A DNA stretch of 32,000 nt from Candidatus Iainarchaeum sp. (GCA_030649345.1 JAUSKK010000006.1:1-32000); one strand, 5' to 3'. Shown: positions 1 through 9,420, numbered from the stretch's first letter. Numbers and translations are program-made. The notes: generated from the letters alone by a model not told the origin.

Positions 1-1
1 C

Positions 2-826
2 AAGCAAGCCAAAGAAGTAGAATCTATTTATTATACAATTAAGGAAGCTTTGCGAGACCCTGGAATTGCGCGCACAGTATTTGGAATTCCTGGATTAATT
101 TTAACAGTATACGCCATTACTTTAATGATTGGAGCTGAAACACAATTCTTTCAAGGAATTTCTTTAATTTTAGGAATTTATTTATTATTAAAAGGATTTG
201 GAATCGAATCCAGAGTCTTAAAAGGAATCACGCATCTTACAGAAGGCATTTCTGTTCAACGAGTTTCGTTTCCTTTTTATATGGCATCTGGTTTTGTATT
301 CTTATTTGGAGTTTACACTGGATTGGCTAATTACAATCCAACCAGTGATTCATTTACCAGCATAATTTCAGCTGTTCAAACTACTTACTTTTTTGCAATC
401 ACTTCGGTATTATTCATGGTATTGGCTAGAGCCATTGATGCAGTTCATGCCAAAAAAGCTTACTTGCTTCGAAAATATGTCATGTATTTTATTGGCATTA
501 CAGTTCTTTGGCTGATTATTGATTCAGCTACTTTGGTTTTCTTGCGGCAAACTGACTTAAACTTTTTCTTAATCACAGTATTAATTTCGTTCATAGCATT
601 GCTGATTGCATTTAAAGCAACTCAAGTCATTGACATTCGAGGTCAAGTCACTCAATTATTGTTAAATTTACCAGTCTACAACAATCAAGGAGAATGGCTG
701 GGAAAAATTAAACAAGTACGAGAAAATGAAAACATGATTTACTATAAGCCTTCTGGAAAAAAAGAATTCATTTCCATTAAAAAAGAAAACTTTATTGTAC
801 GCAAAAGCCGAATTATTATTCAATAA
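2..826 (+). CDS. Polytopic membrane protein, 5' end cut by window edge (possibly DUF373-type archaeal membrane protein)
   Basis: The frame stays open from nt 2 (KQAKEVESIYYTIKEALRDP...) into the 50..826 ORF, so the listed TTG start is probably internal. Several hydrophobic helices are followed by a ~55-aa K-rich soluble tail. The family name is from memory only. Confidence 0.8.
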   Translation, partial: KQAKEVESIYYTIKEALRDPGIARTVFGIPGLILTVYAITLMIGAETQFFQGISLILGIYLLLKGFGIESRVLKGITHLTEGISVQRVSFPFYMASGFVFLFGVYTGLANYNPTSDSFTSIISAVQTTYFFAITSVLFMVLARAIDAVHAKKAYLLRKYVMYFIGITVLWLIIDSATLVFLRQTDLNFFLITVLISFIALLIAFKATQVIDIRGQVTQLLLNLPVYNNQGEWLGKIKQVRENENMIYYKPSGKKEFISIKKENFIVRKSRIIIQ

Positions 827-862
827 AAAAAAAGACTAAACTTGTATTCGCTCAACACGCAT

Positions 863-2869
863 TCAATGCTTAGGCAATGCTTTGGGTTTTGAAGTAGGCA
901 GAGATTTAATAAATTCTTTTGGAACAACATCCAAAGTTAAAATTTTTCTCAATGATTTCAACAATTTTGTTTTTTGACTGCTTTTTACAAACGCATTATC
1001 CAATAATTCTTCTAAAGTGCTGACTGGAATAAGTTTGATTTGCTTTTTTTCTTCTTCGGTTAAAACAATATCTTCCAAATTAGACCTGGGCACAATTACT
1101 TCTTTGAATTTTGCTTTAATGGCTGCCTGCGTTTTAGCCGTGACTCCACCTACTGGCAAGACTTCGCCTCGGACACTTAAAGAACCAGTCATAGCCAAGC
1201 TTTGTTTGATTGGAATTCTTTCCAATGCAGATACAACAGCTGCAGCTACTGAAACACTTGCAGAATCTCCTTCAACTCCTTCATAGGTTTGCAAAAACTG
1301 AATATGTAAATCATGTGAACTAATGTCTTTTCCGGAAATTTTTTTAATTAAAGCCGAAACATTTTGCACGGCTTCTTTGGCAATTTCTCCTAATTTTCCA
1401 GTAGCAATAATTTTTCCTTCACTTCTGGAAGCAGCCGGTGCAACTTCTGCTTCAATCGGCAAAACCATTCCAGCACTTCCATCGCCAGTGACAGCCAATC
1501 CATTCACTCGGCCAATTCTGGCTCCTACATTCAAATACACTTCATAGTCTCTTTTATTTTCTACTACTTTATCCATAATTTGCTGTTCTAGAGTTCGAGC
1601 AGAAATTCTAGCTTCCATTAAATCTTCCAAAAAAACAAGCGAATGCGCTTTGTTAATGGCAATATCTCCAGCTGCTCGGATTAATCCGCCCAATTCTCGC
1701 AATTGTAAAGTTAAATGATTTTTTCTAGAAGCTCTTCTGCGTGCTTCAAATAAAATTTGTTCTACTGCAAGTCTGTCAAAATGAGGAATTTTTCCGTCTT
1801 TTTTTACTTCTTGAGCAACAAATTGCACTACTTTTTTTCGATTCTCTAAAGTATCAGTCATGTCATTGTTCATGTACACTTCATAACCGTAACCGCGAAT
1901 TCTTGAACGCAAAGCTGGATGAACTCTTTCCATGTCTCGATAATTTCCTGCAGCTACCAAAACAAAATCACAGGGAACAGGATCTGTTCGAACCATAGAA
2001 CCTGAAGATAATTCGCTTTGACCAGTAATAGAATATTTTTTTTCCTGCATGGCAGTCAATAATTCTTGCTGTGAATTCGGATTCAATGCAGCAATTTCAT
2101 CTACAAACAAAACACCTTTATTGGACCTGTGAATTAATCCAGGTTCAACCCGCAAATGAGCTGGAGTTCCCAAGCCGCCGGATTGCAATGGATCATGTCT
2201 TACATCGCCTAACAATGCTCCAGCTTTTGCTCCTGTTCCTTCAAAAAATGGCGCAATTTTTTTTCCATGATTGTCTACCAATAATTTGGGAGCCATAACT
2301 TTTTGTCTGGGTCTTACTTGAGTACCGATAGCAAATCCTACAATTAAAAATCCGCCCATAATCATGGTAGCTGCATAAATGACATCTGAAATCCAATGCA
2401 TGGACCAAATAATAAACGATAATAAAAACCAAAATAAAGGAAAAATCATTCCAGCCATTCGCATATTTTGTTCTTCTTTCATAGAATCCATGCGCAAACG
2501 TTGGACAATTTTTTTAGCTTCTCCGGCTGGAACTACGCGAACTTTTGGATTATTGGAATCCGCAGGATTGGGATAAATTAAAATATCATTTAATTTTTCC
2601 AAAGGCAAAATTTCAGCCATAGCTTGAGCCAGTAAACTTTTTCCAGTTCCCGGCAAACCAACTAACAACACGTTTCGTTTTTGGGCTGCAGCTTTTTTAA
2701 TTAATTCAACACTTTCGTCTTGTCCAATGACTTGGTCAATAATTCGATCTGGAACAATAACATCTGCAGTGGTTTTATAATTTTCTGGAACAATCGCTTG
2801 AACTAAGTGCTGCACAACAGTATTTTTAGGATTAATATTTTCATTCAATGCAGTACTTATTTGAACCAT
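863..2869 (-). CDS. lonB: Archaeal membrane-bound Lon protease (LonB type)
   Basis: Walker A is GLPGTGKS. Two TM helices are inserted in the AAA+ module ([15 protein letters not shown]..., [13 protein letters not shown]). Walker B is VLFVDEI. The C-terminal Lon protease domain has catalytic Ser in [17 protein letters not shown] and Lys in [21 protein letters not shown]. Confidence 0.95.
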   Translation of the reverse strand: MVQISTALNENINPKNTVVQHLVQAIVPENYKTTADVIVPDRIIDQVIGQDESVELIKKAAAQKRNVLLVGLPGTGKSLLAQAMAEILPLEKLNDILIYPNPADSNNPKVRVVPAGEAKKIVQRLRMDSMKEEQNMRMAGMIFPLFWFLLSFIIWSMHWISDVIYAATMIMGGFLIVGFAIGTQVRPRQKVMAPKLLVDNHGKKIAPFFEGTGAKAGALLGDVRHDPLQSGGLGTPAHLRVEPGLIHRSNKGVLFVDEIAALNPNSQQELLTAMQEKKYSITGQSELSSGSMVRTDPVPCDFVLVAAGNYRDMERVHPALRSRIRGYGYEVYMNNDMTDTLENRKKVVQFVAQEVKKDGKIPHFDRLAVEQILFEARRRASRKNHLTLQLRELGGLIRAAGDIAINKAHSLVFLEDLMEARISARTLEQQIMDKVVENKRDYEVYLNVGARIGRVNGLAVTGDGSAGMVLPIEAEVAPAASRSEGKIIATGKLGEIAKEAVQNVSALIKKISGKDISSHDLHIQFLQTYEGVEGDSASVSVAAAVVSALERIPIKQSLAMTGSLSVRGEVLPVGGVTAKTQAAIKAKFKEVIVPRSNLEDIVLTEEEKKQIKLIPVSTLEELLDNAFVKSSQKTKLLKSLRKILTLDVVPKEFIKSLPTSKPKALPKH

Positions 2870-2933
2870 AATAGCTCAATTAAATTAGTTCGCGAATCGT
2901 TTTTAAACCAAGCGTTGTTTGAAAATTGTACAA

Positions 2934-3455
2934 TTAACGTCTGCGATTTCTTCGCCTGCGTTCAGCTAAAGCTACACTTCCAATACCTGCAACAACAGAA
3001 CCTATAACACCGCCAACACCCACTGCCAAACCTGCATCAACAGGACTGTGTTTGGCTGGAACTTTAAATCGTTCAACCATAGAACGTTTTCTAATAGTCA
3101 TTTGGCCTTTTGTTCCGAATTCAGTTTTTAAAACACGTACTTGTTGAGGAACACTTGATGCAATTAAGCCAGTAAATGCAGTTGAACCAGCCACAGCACC
3201 GGCAACCAAAACACCTGCAACACGCAATTTAGATTTACGTTTGCGAATTCGGAAAGTATCTTCTACACCAGATTGAGCTTGTGTTACTCCGCTGAATTTA
3301 GCTAATTTTTCCTGTTTTTTTCTTAGTTTAGCTTTAGCTCGTTTTCCAATATATGCTTGAATAGGATGTTTTCGTGCAAAAGCTTTACGTGCAGCCACAG
3401 GGTTCACATGCAATACATTAATTCTAACAGGCAATACCTTAATTCTGGGTTTCAT
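2934..3455 (-). CDS. Orphan basic protein with two Gly/Ala-zipper hydrophobic segments
   Basis: 173-aa ORF with an ATG start. It has a Lys/Arg-rich N-terminus, two segments AGVLVAGAVAGSTAFTGLIASS and GLAVGVGGVIGSVVAGIGSVALA, and the C-terminal tail ERRRRNRRR. No family recognised. Confidence 0.6.
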   Translation of the reverse strand: MKPRIKVLPVRINVLHVNPVAARKAFARKHPIQAYIGKRAKAKLRKKQEKLAKFSGVTQAQSGVEDTFRIRKRKSKLRVAGVLVAGAVAGSTAFTGLIASSVPQQVRVLKTEFGTKGQMTIRKRSMVERFKVPAKHSPVDAGLAVGVGGVIGSVVAGIGSVALAERRRRNRRR

Positions 3456-3598
3456 ATATTACAAATATGCCTCAAAGTCTTTAAAAATCAGAACCTGCGG
3501 TTCCAACACTTTAACCCCTGTTGCATTATTTTTCTTTATTTACTTTTGTCAAAGTGTTGCCGATACCTCCGCTTAAATGAGATTAATTATGCACAGCA

Positions 3599-4558
3599 CT
3601 AGTGCAATTGTTTTTGAACTCGATGACGTTTATTGGGTTGAGTCCAAAAAAATCTGTCTTCTTTTTTGCTTTTTCGCAAACCTGCTTTTCGATAAGTTTG
3701 CGCATACTGTCGTCTATATCGTGTATATTCAGTACGTGTAGTCAATGCATCCGGGCCTTTTTCAAACATACCTGGAAGGTCACCTACAATATTCCATTTT
3801 CGTTCTTTAGCAAACTCAGTTGTAGCTTTGACTAATGCTACGCGCCAGTTTTCTCCCAAGGCACGGCTTAATTCAGTGTAAACAGAAGTGCTGGTTTGCT
3901 TTCTGGGCAATAATGATTTGATTCCTTGAATATTTCGAAATACCAAAGTTGGCCTTTTTTTCAGATAACACACCAAGCCACCTAAGGTAGCAATGGTTTT
4001 TCCGAATTTGTCTCTAATTTCAAAACCTAAAGGCGACTCAGGATGAGAGAATATAGAGCGCACAATACTAAAAGCACCCATCGAAATAGGTTTAGAATTA
4101 ATCCATTTAGGAAACACGCGAGAAAAAAAATTCCATGAATGCAGTTTTTCTTTAAAAGAAATTTTCATATGGCCCATTGAATAAAAAAAATGAGTAAGCA
4201 TATCGATGGCAAATGGTTCATATAAAGATACTCTGTTTCTTTGCAGGTTGGTTTTTAGTTTTTCATGCAATTCATGCATAAGCCGAATTCTGCGAATAAC
4301 TTCTTTTTCAAAATCTTGTTCGGAAATGTCTGGACGCTCCACCATAAGCGAGTGTGTCCATACTTGTGCAAATTGTGTGGCTTCTTTTGCAGGTAAACCA
4401 AAATAAGTTATGCTCGGATGAACGGGTCTGTATCCAATGCCTAGTTCCATCCCTTCTTGCCAGGGGAGATGTTTTTCAAAAAAATTAAAAAGCATACTCT
4501 CTTGTTTTTGAGTGAGTGTAAGTTTTTCCAATTTAACACCTGATCTATTCTTGCACAA
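3599..4558 (-). CDS. Hypothetical protein, 319 aa, strongly basic C-terminal tail
   Basis: Long ORF with no competing frame. The listed start is TTG; the first ATG is at 4495 (MLFNFFEKH...). No diagnostic motif seen. The C-terminus is RYRRQYAQTYRKAGLRKSKKEDRFFWTQPNKRHRVQKQLH. Confidence 0.65.
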   Translation of the reverse strand: MCKNRSGVKLEKLTLTQKQESMLFNFFEKHLPWQEGMELGIGYRPVHPSITYFGLPAKEATQFAQVWTHSLMVERPDISEQDFEKEVIRRIRLMHELHEKLKTNLQRNRVSLYEPFAIDMLTHFFYSMGHMKISFKEKLHSWNFFSRVFPKWINSKPISMGAFSIVRSIFSHPESPLGFEIRDKFGKTIATLGGLVCYLKKRPTLVFRNIQGIKSLLPRKQTSTSVYTELSRALGENWRVALVKATTEFAKERKWNIVGDLPGMFEKGPDALTTRTEYTRYRRQYAQTYRKAGLRKSKKEDRFFWTQPNKRHRVQKQLH

Positions 4559-4632
4559 TTGTTTGATGGGCCAATGCGCATATAGAATACTTAAAAGCTA
4601 ATAATTAAAACTATTGGATTCGTTTATTATAT

Positions 4633-5544
4633 ATGGAAAAAATTGAGTTAACCTTTTTAGGCACCAGTGCAGCCATGCCTACACCTCAACGCAATCTAAG
4701 CTCAATTGCTTTACGCTTCATGGGCGATGTTTTATTATTTGATGCCGGCGAAGGAACCCAAAGACAATTGATGACTGCGCAGGTCAGTTACATGAAAATT
4801 AAAGCCATATTTATTAGTCATTTTCACGCCGACCATTTTTTGGGTTTGCCTGGAATGATTGCCACCATGAATATGATGGAACGCTCGGATGTTTTAAAAA
4901 TTTTTGGACCCAAAGGAATCAAAAAAAGAACAGAACAAGCTTTAGAGTTAGCCTTAATGAAATTAGAATTTCCAATTGAATACATTGAATTAAAAGAAGG
5001 AAAAATGTTGAATGAAAAAAATTATTCTATTTATGCTTTTCCGCTCAAACATGTAACCACTTGTTTTGGATTTACATTCAAAGAACAAGACAAAAAAGGG
5101 ACATTCATGCGAAAAAAAGCAGAAGATTTAGGAATTCCTGTAGGTCCAATGTTCGCAAAATTAGCTGATGGAAAAAATGTAAAAATTAATGGAAAAACAT
5201 TCAAGCCCAAAGACGTCATGGATTACTCTCAAGGAAGAACTGGAAGAAAAATATGCATTGTCATGGACACCTTAGCCAGCACCAGTTATGTAAAACATTT
5301 AAAGCAAGCAGACATTTTAGTGCATGAAGCAGTATTTGGAGACGATGGAATCGAACGAGCATTGAAAACAAAACATTCAACTGCACGGCAGGCAGCAAAG
5401 TTGGCAAAAAAAGCCAAAGTTCAAAAATTAATTTTAACGCACATTTCTTCCAGATACAAAGACACAACCGAATTAGTAAAACAAGCCAAAGAAGAATTTG
5501 AACAAACAGAAATGGCTGAAGACTTAATGAAAAAAGAAATTTAA
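4633..5544 (+). CDS. rnz: Ribonuclease Z (tRNA 3' endonuclease, metallo-beta-lactamase fold)
   Basis: The N-terminus LTFLGTSAAMPTPQRNLSSIAL...LLFDAGEGTQRQL, the HxHxDH motif ISHFHADHFLGLPG and the C-terminal LILTHISSRY are typical of the short RNase Z form (~300 aa). Confidence 0.9.
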   Translation: MEKIELTFLGTSAAMPTPQRNLSSIALRFMGDVLLFDAGEGTQRQLMTAQVSYMKIKAIFISHFHADHFLGLPGMIATMNMMERSDVLKIFGPKGIKKRTEQALELALMKLEFPIEYIELKEGKMLNEKNYSIYAFPLKHVTTCFGFTFKEQDKKGTFMRKKAEDLGIPVGPMFAKLADGKNVKINGKTFKPKDVMDYSQGRTGRKICIVMDTLASTSYVKHLKQADILVHEAVFGDDGIERALKTKHSTARQAAKLAKKAKVQKLILTHISSRYKDTTELVKQAKEEFEQTEMAEDLMKKEI

Positions 5545-5636
5545 CAAACAGTCCAGATTCACAAAAACAGTGAGTCTTATACCAACTCAAATAAAAACCA
5601 GAAATGTTCTAATTTTAAAATAAAGCAAGTGAAAAC

Positions 5637-6377
5637 ATGAATACCAAACACTGGGAAAAAATGTACGCATTACCTTTGGAAAAAATTCCGAACACAGCTA
5701 TTGTAATGGCCGCCGGAAAAGGAACGCGCATGCTTCCATTAACTGAAACAATTCCCAAAGCACTGGTAAACTGGAAAGGAAAACCATTGATTGTTCACGT
5801 ACTAAACGAATTGAATAAAACTTCAGTACAAAAAGCAATAATAGTAATTGGATACAAAGGAAAACAAATTCAAAAATATTTAGGGAAAAAATTTGGAAAA
5901 ATAAAACTAGAATATGTTACACAAACCCAGCAGCTGGGAACAGCGCATGCAGTTCAGACAGGATTGAAGAAAATTCATAATGAAAATTTTTTGGTTTTAA
6001 GCGCTGATGTGATTGCGTCAGCTAAAGATTTGAATAAATTTTTAAATTCTACTGGAGATTGCTGTATGGCTTTACGGAAAACAAAAAAACCAGAAAGATA
6101 CGGAATTATTGAATTAAAAGGAAAAAATATTGTAAAACTAATAGAGAAACCAAAAAATTATCCAAAAAAAACTGCATGGATGAATGCAGGAATTTATTCA
6201 TTTAATGCAAACACTATTCCGTTTATTTTGAATGTACAAAAAAACAAACAAAGAAACGAATTTGAATTAACAGATGTTGTACAAAATTTAATTCATGGAA
6301 AGAAAAAGGTTATTGGAATTAAGTTTGAAAAAAAAGTCTACGATATTGGAAATTTAGAAGATTTAAAGCAGAAATAA
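5637..6377 (+). CDS. Sugar-phosphate nucleotidyltransferase (NDP-sugar pyrophosphorylase family)
   Basis: The N-terminal signature AIVMAAGKGTRMLPLTETIPKALV (G-x-G-T-R-x-PLT...PK) and the GTAHAV motif are present. The sugar specificity cannot be read from the sequence. Confidence 0.85.
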   Translation: MNTKHWEKMYALPLEKIPNTAIVMAAGKGTRMLPLTETIPKALVNWKGKPLIVHVLNELNKTSVQKAIIVIGYKGKQIQKYLGKKFGKIKLEYVTQTQQLGTAHAVQTGLKKIHNENFLVLSADVIASAKDLNKFLNSTGDCCMALRKTKKPERYGIIELKGKNIVKLIEKPKNYPKKTAWMNAGIYSFNANTIPFILNVQKNKQRNEFELTDVVQNLIHGKKKVIGIKFEKKVYDIGNLEDLKQK

Positions 6378-6471
6378 TTTCAAGGAGGGGGTCAGGAAGA
6401 ACTTGGAACTGGGGGGAACCTGGGTGCCCCGCGGTTCAGTTGGAAACTTAGAAGATTTAAAGCAGAAATAA
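6348..6471. repeat. 30-bp direct repeat (1 mismatch) duplicating the 3' end and stop of the nucleotidyltransferase gene, bracketing a 64-bp G-rich insert
   Basis: 6348..6377 is GGAAATTTAGAAGATTTAAAGCAGAAATAA and 6442..6471 is GGAAACTTAGAAGATTTAAAGCAGAAATAA. The insert 6378..6441 is about 59% G+C by hand count, with G5, G6 and G3 runs and CCGCGG. Confidence 0.9.
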
Positions 6472-6491
6472 ATTTGAAACTTTAAAAATAA

Positions 6492-7208
6492 TTAATAGGT
6501 AAAAGTCTGTCCTGGTTTTAAAATTTGCGCTTCTGTTTTGATAATGCTTTTATCTAATTTTTCTTTGAATTCATTTGGCTGGGCTTTAATAATATCAAAA
6601 GTATTGTAATGCATGGGAATGGCATACTCTGGTTTCATGGTTTTTACAGCCCGCACAGCATCCACGCAATCCATGGTAACAGTTCCGCCAATCGGCAGTA
6701 AAGCAATGGTTGGTTTTAATCCTTGAAATGTTGGAATTAAGTCAGTGTCTCCAGCATGAAATACAGTCGTATCTCCGAAAACAATTTTGAAGCCCAAAGG
6801 ATCAAAAGCATTCGGATGATGTACAGGAACAGCTGTAATTTTTACATTTTTAATAGTGTGCATTTGATTTCCGACAATGGCTCTTTTTTGGCCTATGGGA
6901 ATCTTCAATTGAGCCAACACATCATCTGTGCTAATCACAATAGATTTTTCGCGAGTACAAATAGCTTCAATGGCTTCTTTGTCAAAGTGATCAAAATGTT
7001 CATGGGAAACCAAAATAGCATCAATGTCTTTCATTTCAGTTTGTTTAATTGGACATTGAATTAAGCGTTGAATCTTGGCATGATCTGGAGGATTTCCAAA
7101 AAAAGGATCAATCAGTAAGTTGCATTTAGGAAAACTTAACTTGAAAAATGAATGACCTAAAAATTGCAGCTTTATAATAACCCCTATAAGTAAGAAGCGA
7201 GATAGCAT
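6492..7208 (-). CDS. Metallo-beta-lactamase-fold metal-dependent hydrolase (UPF0173-like)
   Basis: Motifs seen: LQFLGHSFFKL, the HxHxDH motif VSHEHFDHFD, FHAGDT and PMHYNTF. The N-terminus carries ~12 extra residues relative to what I expect, so the start is uncertain. Confidence 0.85.
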   Translation of the reverse strand: MLSRFLLIGVIIKLQFLGHSFFKLSFPKCNLLIDPFFGNPPDHAKIQRLIQCPIKQTEMKDIDAILVSHEHFDHFDKEAIEAICTREKSIVISTDDVLAQLKIPIGQKRAIVGNQMHTIKNVKITAVPVHHPNAFDPLGFKIVFGDTTVFHAGDTDLIPTFQGLKPTIALLPIGGTVTMDCVDAVRAVKTMKPEYAIPMHYNTFDIIKAQPNEFKEKLDKSIIKTEAQILKPGQTFTY

Positions 7209-7249
7209 TTAAAAAGCAATCTTAAAAATACGTTGATTCTAATAAAACT

Positions 7250-8047
7250 ATGCAAACCAAAAAAATTTTGGGAGTTGGACTTGCATTTCTGATATTGCTT
7301 CATTCAGTTACAGCCATCAGTTATGAAATTGGATGGCACAATATTGAATTGGCCATTAATGCAGACGGAACAGGCAAGATCACAGAAAAATTTTACATCA
7401 ATTTTGACACTCCAGCTGACTTGAATGAATTCAAACAAATTACTTCAAAATTCGGAATAGATATTGCCAATCAATGGAAAGCATTTAATCCAAAATTACA
7501 GCCCAATATAGGAAAATTTTCAGACATTACTCCAGGCAGCGGAAAAATTGCCTTAATTGAAGTAGAAGACAGCTATTTGGAACTCAGTTATGAACTCAAA
7601 GAACCTTTGTTTGAAAAAATAGAGGAAACTTCCCGTTCTACAGTATTTGAATTGAAAAAACCGTTCTTTAATTCATTTTTATCCAAACCATTTTATGTTA
7701 TTCCAGCCAAAACAGCGATTTCTTTTATTTTACCAGAACAAACAACTGTAACAGCCAATAATGTTTTGCCTAAAGGAGAAATACAAACACAAAACAACAA
7801 AACAGTAGTAATCTGGACTGGAGAAAAAACTACCACTGATTTAGCAATCAAATTCACCTACTGGAAACAAATCGCACCCAATTTAAGTTTAGCCATAGTC
7901 ATAAAAGAATTTTTAGAAAATACGCCCAAAGAATTATTGATTTTGTTAATTATCATTTTTGTTTTAGCTGTCAGCTTTTTTTACTTGAAACGAAAAGAAT
8001 ACGGAAAAAAAGTCTCGGACTATATTGTCAAACACTCCGAACTCTAA
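7250..8047 (+). CDS. Secreted, C-terminally membrane-anchored protein (orphan)
   Basis: Signal-peptide-like N-terminus MQTKKILGVGLAFLILLHSVTA. A single C-terminal TM LLILLIIIFVLAVSFFYL is followed by KRKEYGKK. No family recognised. Confidence 0.7.
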   Translation: MQTKKILGVGLAFLILLHSVTAISYEIGWHNIELAINADGTGKITEKFYINFDTPADLNEFKQITSKFGIDIANQWKAFNPKLQPNIGKFSDITPGSGKIALIEVEDSYLELSYELKEPLFEKIEETSRSTVFELKKPFFNSFLSKPFYVIPAKTAISFILPEQTTVTANNVLPKGEIQTQNNKTVVIWTGEKTTTDLAIKFTYWKQIAPNLSLAIVIKEFLENTPKELLILLIIIFVLAVSFFYLKRKEYGKKVSDYIVKHSEL

Positions 8048-8081
8048 ATTTAGCGGTCTGGCAATATATTTATATATTTAA

Positions 8082-8097
8082 AGATATACGTATATCT
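8082..8097. promoter_or_regulatory. Perfect 16-bp palindrome AGATATACGTATATCT in the vapB promoter region (candidate operator)
   Basis: It lies 14 nt upstream of the vapB-like ATG, next to the A/T-rich TATA-like run 8064..8080 and a GGTGA Shine-Dalgarno-like element. Confidence 0.45.
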
Positions 8098-8110
8098 AAG
8101 GTGATCGATT

Positions 8111-8362
8111 ATGGCCAATACAGTTACCATTACTTTGGCATTAAACAAAGAAGATGAGAAGTTAGCACGGAAATTAGCCGAAAAAAAATATGGCGGAATA
8201 AAAGGTTCTTTGTCGAAAGTTTTCAGCGAAGGCCTGCATTTTGTTGAACATGAATTGCAAAGACAAAAAGCACGCATGCGATTAATTGAATTAAACAAAC
8301 AAGGATTTGATCTTAGATTCAAAAGCTGGAAAAATCGCAGTGAATTGTATGACAGAAACTGA
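8111..8362 (+). CDS. vapB: VapB-like antitoxin (ribbon-helix-helix-like N-terminus)
   Basis: 83 aa, with an N-terminal beta-strand-like TVTITLALNKED followed by helices. The stop overlaps the ATG of the downstream PIN gene by 14 nt. Confidence 0.6.
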   Translation: MANTVTITLALNKEDEKLARKLAEKKYGGIKGSLSKVFSEGLHFVEHELQRQKARMRLIELNKQGFDLRFKSWKNRSELYDRN

Positions 8363-8792
8363 AAACAAAATTCATGAAAACTATTTAGTAGACACAAACA
8401 TTTTGGTTTATGTATTCGATGAAGCAGACATTGCAAAGAAAAAAAAGGCAGAATTATTTTTGGCTGAAATTTCACTGGATTCTCACGGTTATTTAAGTAT
8501 TCAAAATATCGGAGAATTTTTTTCGGTCATGTTAGAAAAACGAAAAAATATTGTGCCGGCTGATTTTATGAAAACTTGGCTAAGTGAGTATAGGACTATT
8601 TTCAATGTAATTCATTACACAGAAAACACTTTACTGGCTGCCGAAGAGTTAAAACAAAAACACGGAATTCATTTTTGGGATGCTGTGCTAGCCGCAACCA
8701 TGAAAGAATTTGATATTCATACAATATATACTGAAAACGTAAAAGACTTCCAAAAAATTCCAGAACTAACTGTAATTAATCCATTCAAATAA
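8349..8792 (+). CDS. vapC: PIN-domain ribonuclease toxin VapC
   Basis: YLVDTNILVYVFDE (first acidic residue) and HFWDAVLAATMKEFDIHTIYTENVKDF are typical PIN motifs. I prefer the in-frame ATG at 8349 over the listed 8307 start. Confidence 0.85.
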   Translation: MTETENKIHENYLVDTNILVYVFDEADIAKKKKAELFLAEISLDSHGYLSIQNIGEFFSVMLEKRKNIVPADFMKTWLSEYRTIFNVIHYTENTLLAAEELKQKHGIHFWDAVLAATMKEFDIHTIYTENVKDFQKIPELTVINPFK

Positions 8793-8798
8793 AACAAC

Positions 8799-8984
8799 CT
8801 ATTTATAGGGCGGAAATGCAGAAATTAAACTTCCGAATACTGCAAAAAAACCCATAATGAATACAGTTATCGAATAAAAAACAGAAGGCATAACTAAAAG
8901 CCCTTGGGCTTCAAAAAAACCCACCAAAAGGTAAGCAATAGAAATAATCAGCAAAGACTGAAATGCACGTTGAATGTAAACCAT
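8799..8984 (-). CDS. Small two-helix membrane protein (61 aa), second copy of the small subunit of a duplicated module
   Basis: Two hydrophobic helices. It lies 63 nt downstream of the 122-aa membrane gene, and its architecture parallels the unlisted 59-aa ORF at 9421..9600. Confidence 0.5.
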   Translation of the reverse strand: MVYIQRAFQSLLIISIAYLLVGFFEAQGLLVMPSVFYSITVFIMGFFAVFGSLISAFPPYK

Positions 8985-9047
8985 TAAAAATTCTCCGAAT
9001 TTTTAAAGTTTTTAAATTTCCAATTTAAAACCATAATATCACTTGTT

Positions 9048-9416
9048 CTAAGTTAAAATTCCTAAAGCAACTAAAGCAATGGAAGCATAGAATAATACAA
9101 CATAAATCAAAGGCAGCCGATTCTTTAATCTTGGAACAGACAAAGCAAAAGTTAATCCTGCCACTCTAGAAACATAAACAAATGCAAACCAGCTTGGAAT
9201 CAAATACATAATTCCTAAACTTGGGAAAAAACTAGTGGTTGCCCAAATATACATGACTGTGAAAACCATAGCTCGCAATGTTTGTTTGCCGTCGTAAAAA
9301 ATATATGCTGCTGCAAAAAACACAAACAACCAAGGTAAGTTGTTGATGATTATAGAAAACCACCAACTTAAGTCCAGAGTCAATACTGCATACAATGCTT
9401 CTGCCAAAATTACCAT
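9048..9416 (-). CDS. Four-helix membrane protein (122 aa), paralogue of 9600..9998
   Basis: It shares LD(L/I)(S/G)W(W/L)F...(I/L)NNLPWLF...(Y/H)IF..GK...(Y/I)(I/M)W(A/T) with the 132-aa ORF. No known family recognised. Confidence 0.75.
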   Translation of the reverse strand: MVILAEALYAVLTLDLSWWFSIIINNLPWLFVFFAAAYIFYDGKQTLRAMVFTVMYIWATTSFFPSLGIMYLIPSWFAFVYVSRVAGLTFALSVPRLKNRLPLIYVVLFYASIALVALGILT

Positions 9417-9420
9417 ACAA

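Noticed and set aside
1017-2576. Plus-strand ORFs of 63-89 aa listed inside the lonB gene, including 1017..1286, 1323..1547, 1741..1998, 2071..2298 and 2379..2576.
   Set aside because: They are antisense or out of frame to a strongly supported conserved gene and have low-complexity, Ser/Leu/Phe-rich translations. These are typical shadow ORFs.
6378-6441. tRNA or tRNA fragment in the G-rich insert (GGTTCAGTT resembles a T-loop).
   Set aside because: I could draw no acceptor, D or anticodon stems. Only the short T-loop-like string matches.
8050-8475. 141-aa minus-strand ORF across the vapB/vapC locus.
   Set aside because: It overlaps the well-formed TA pair, and its translation is Cys/Phe/Leu-rich with no features. 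The plus-strand genes explain the region.
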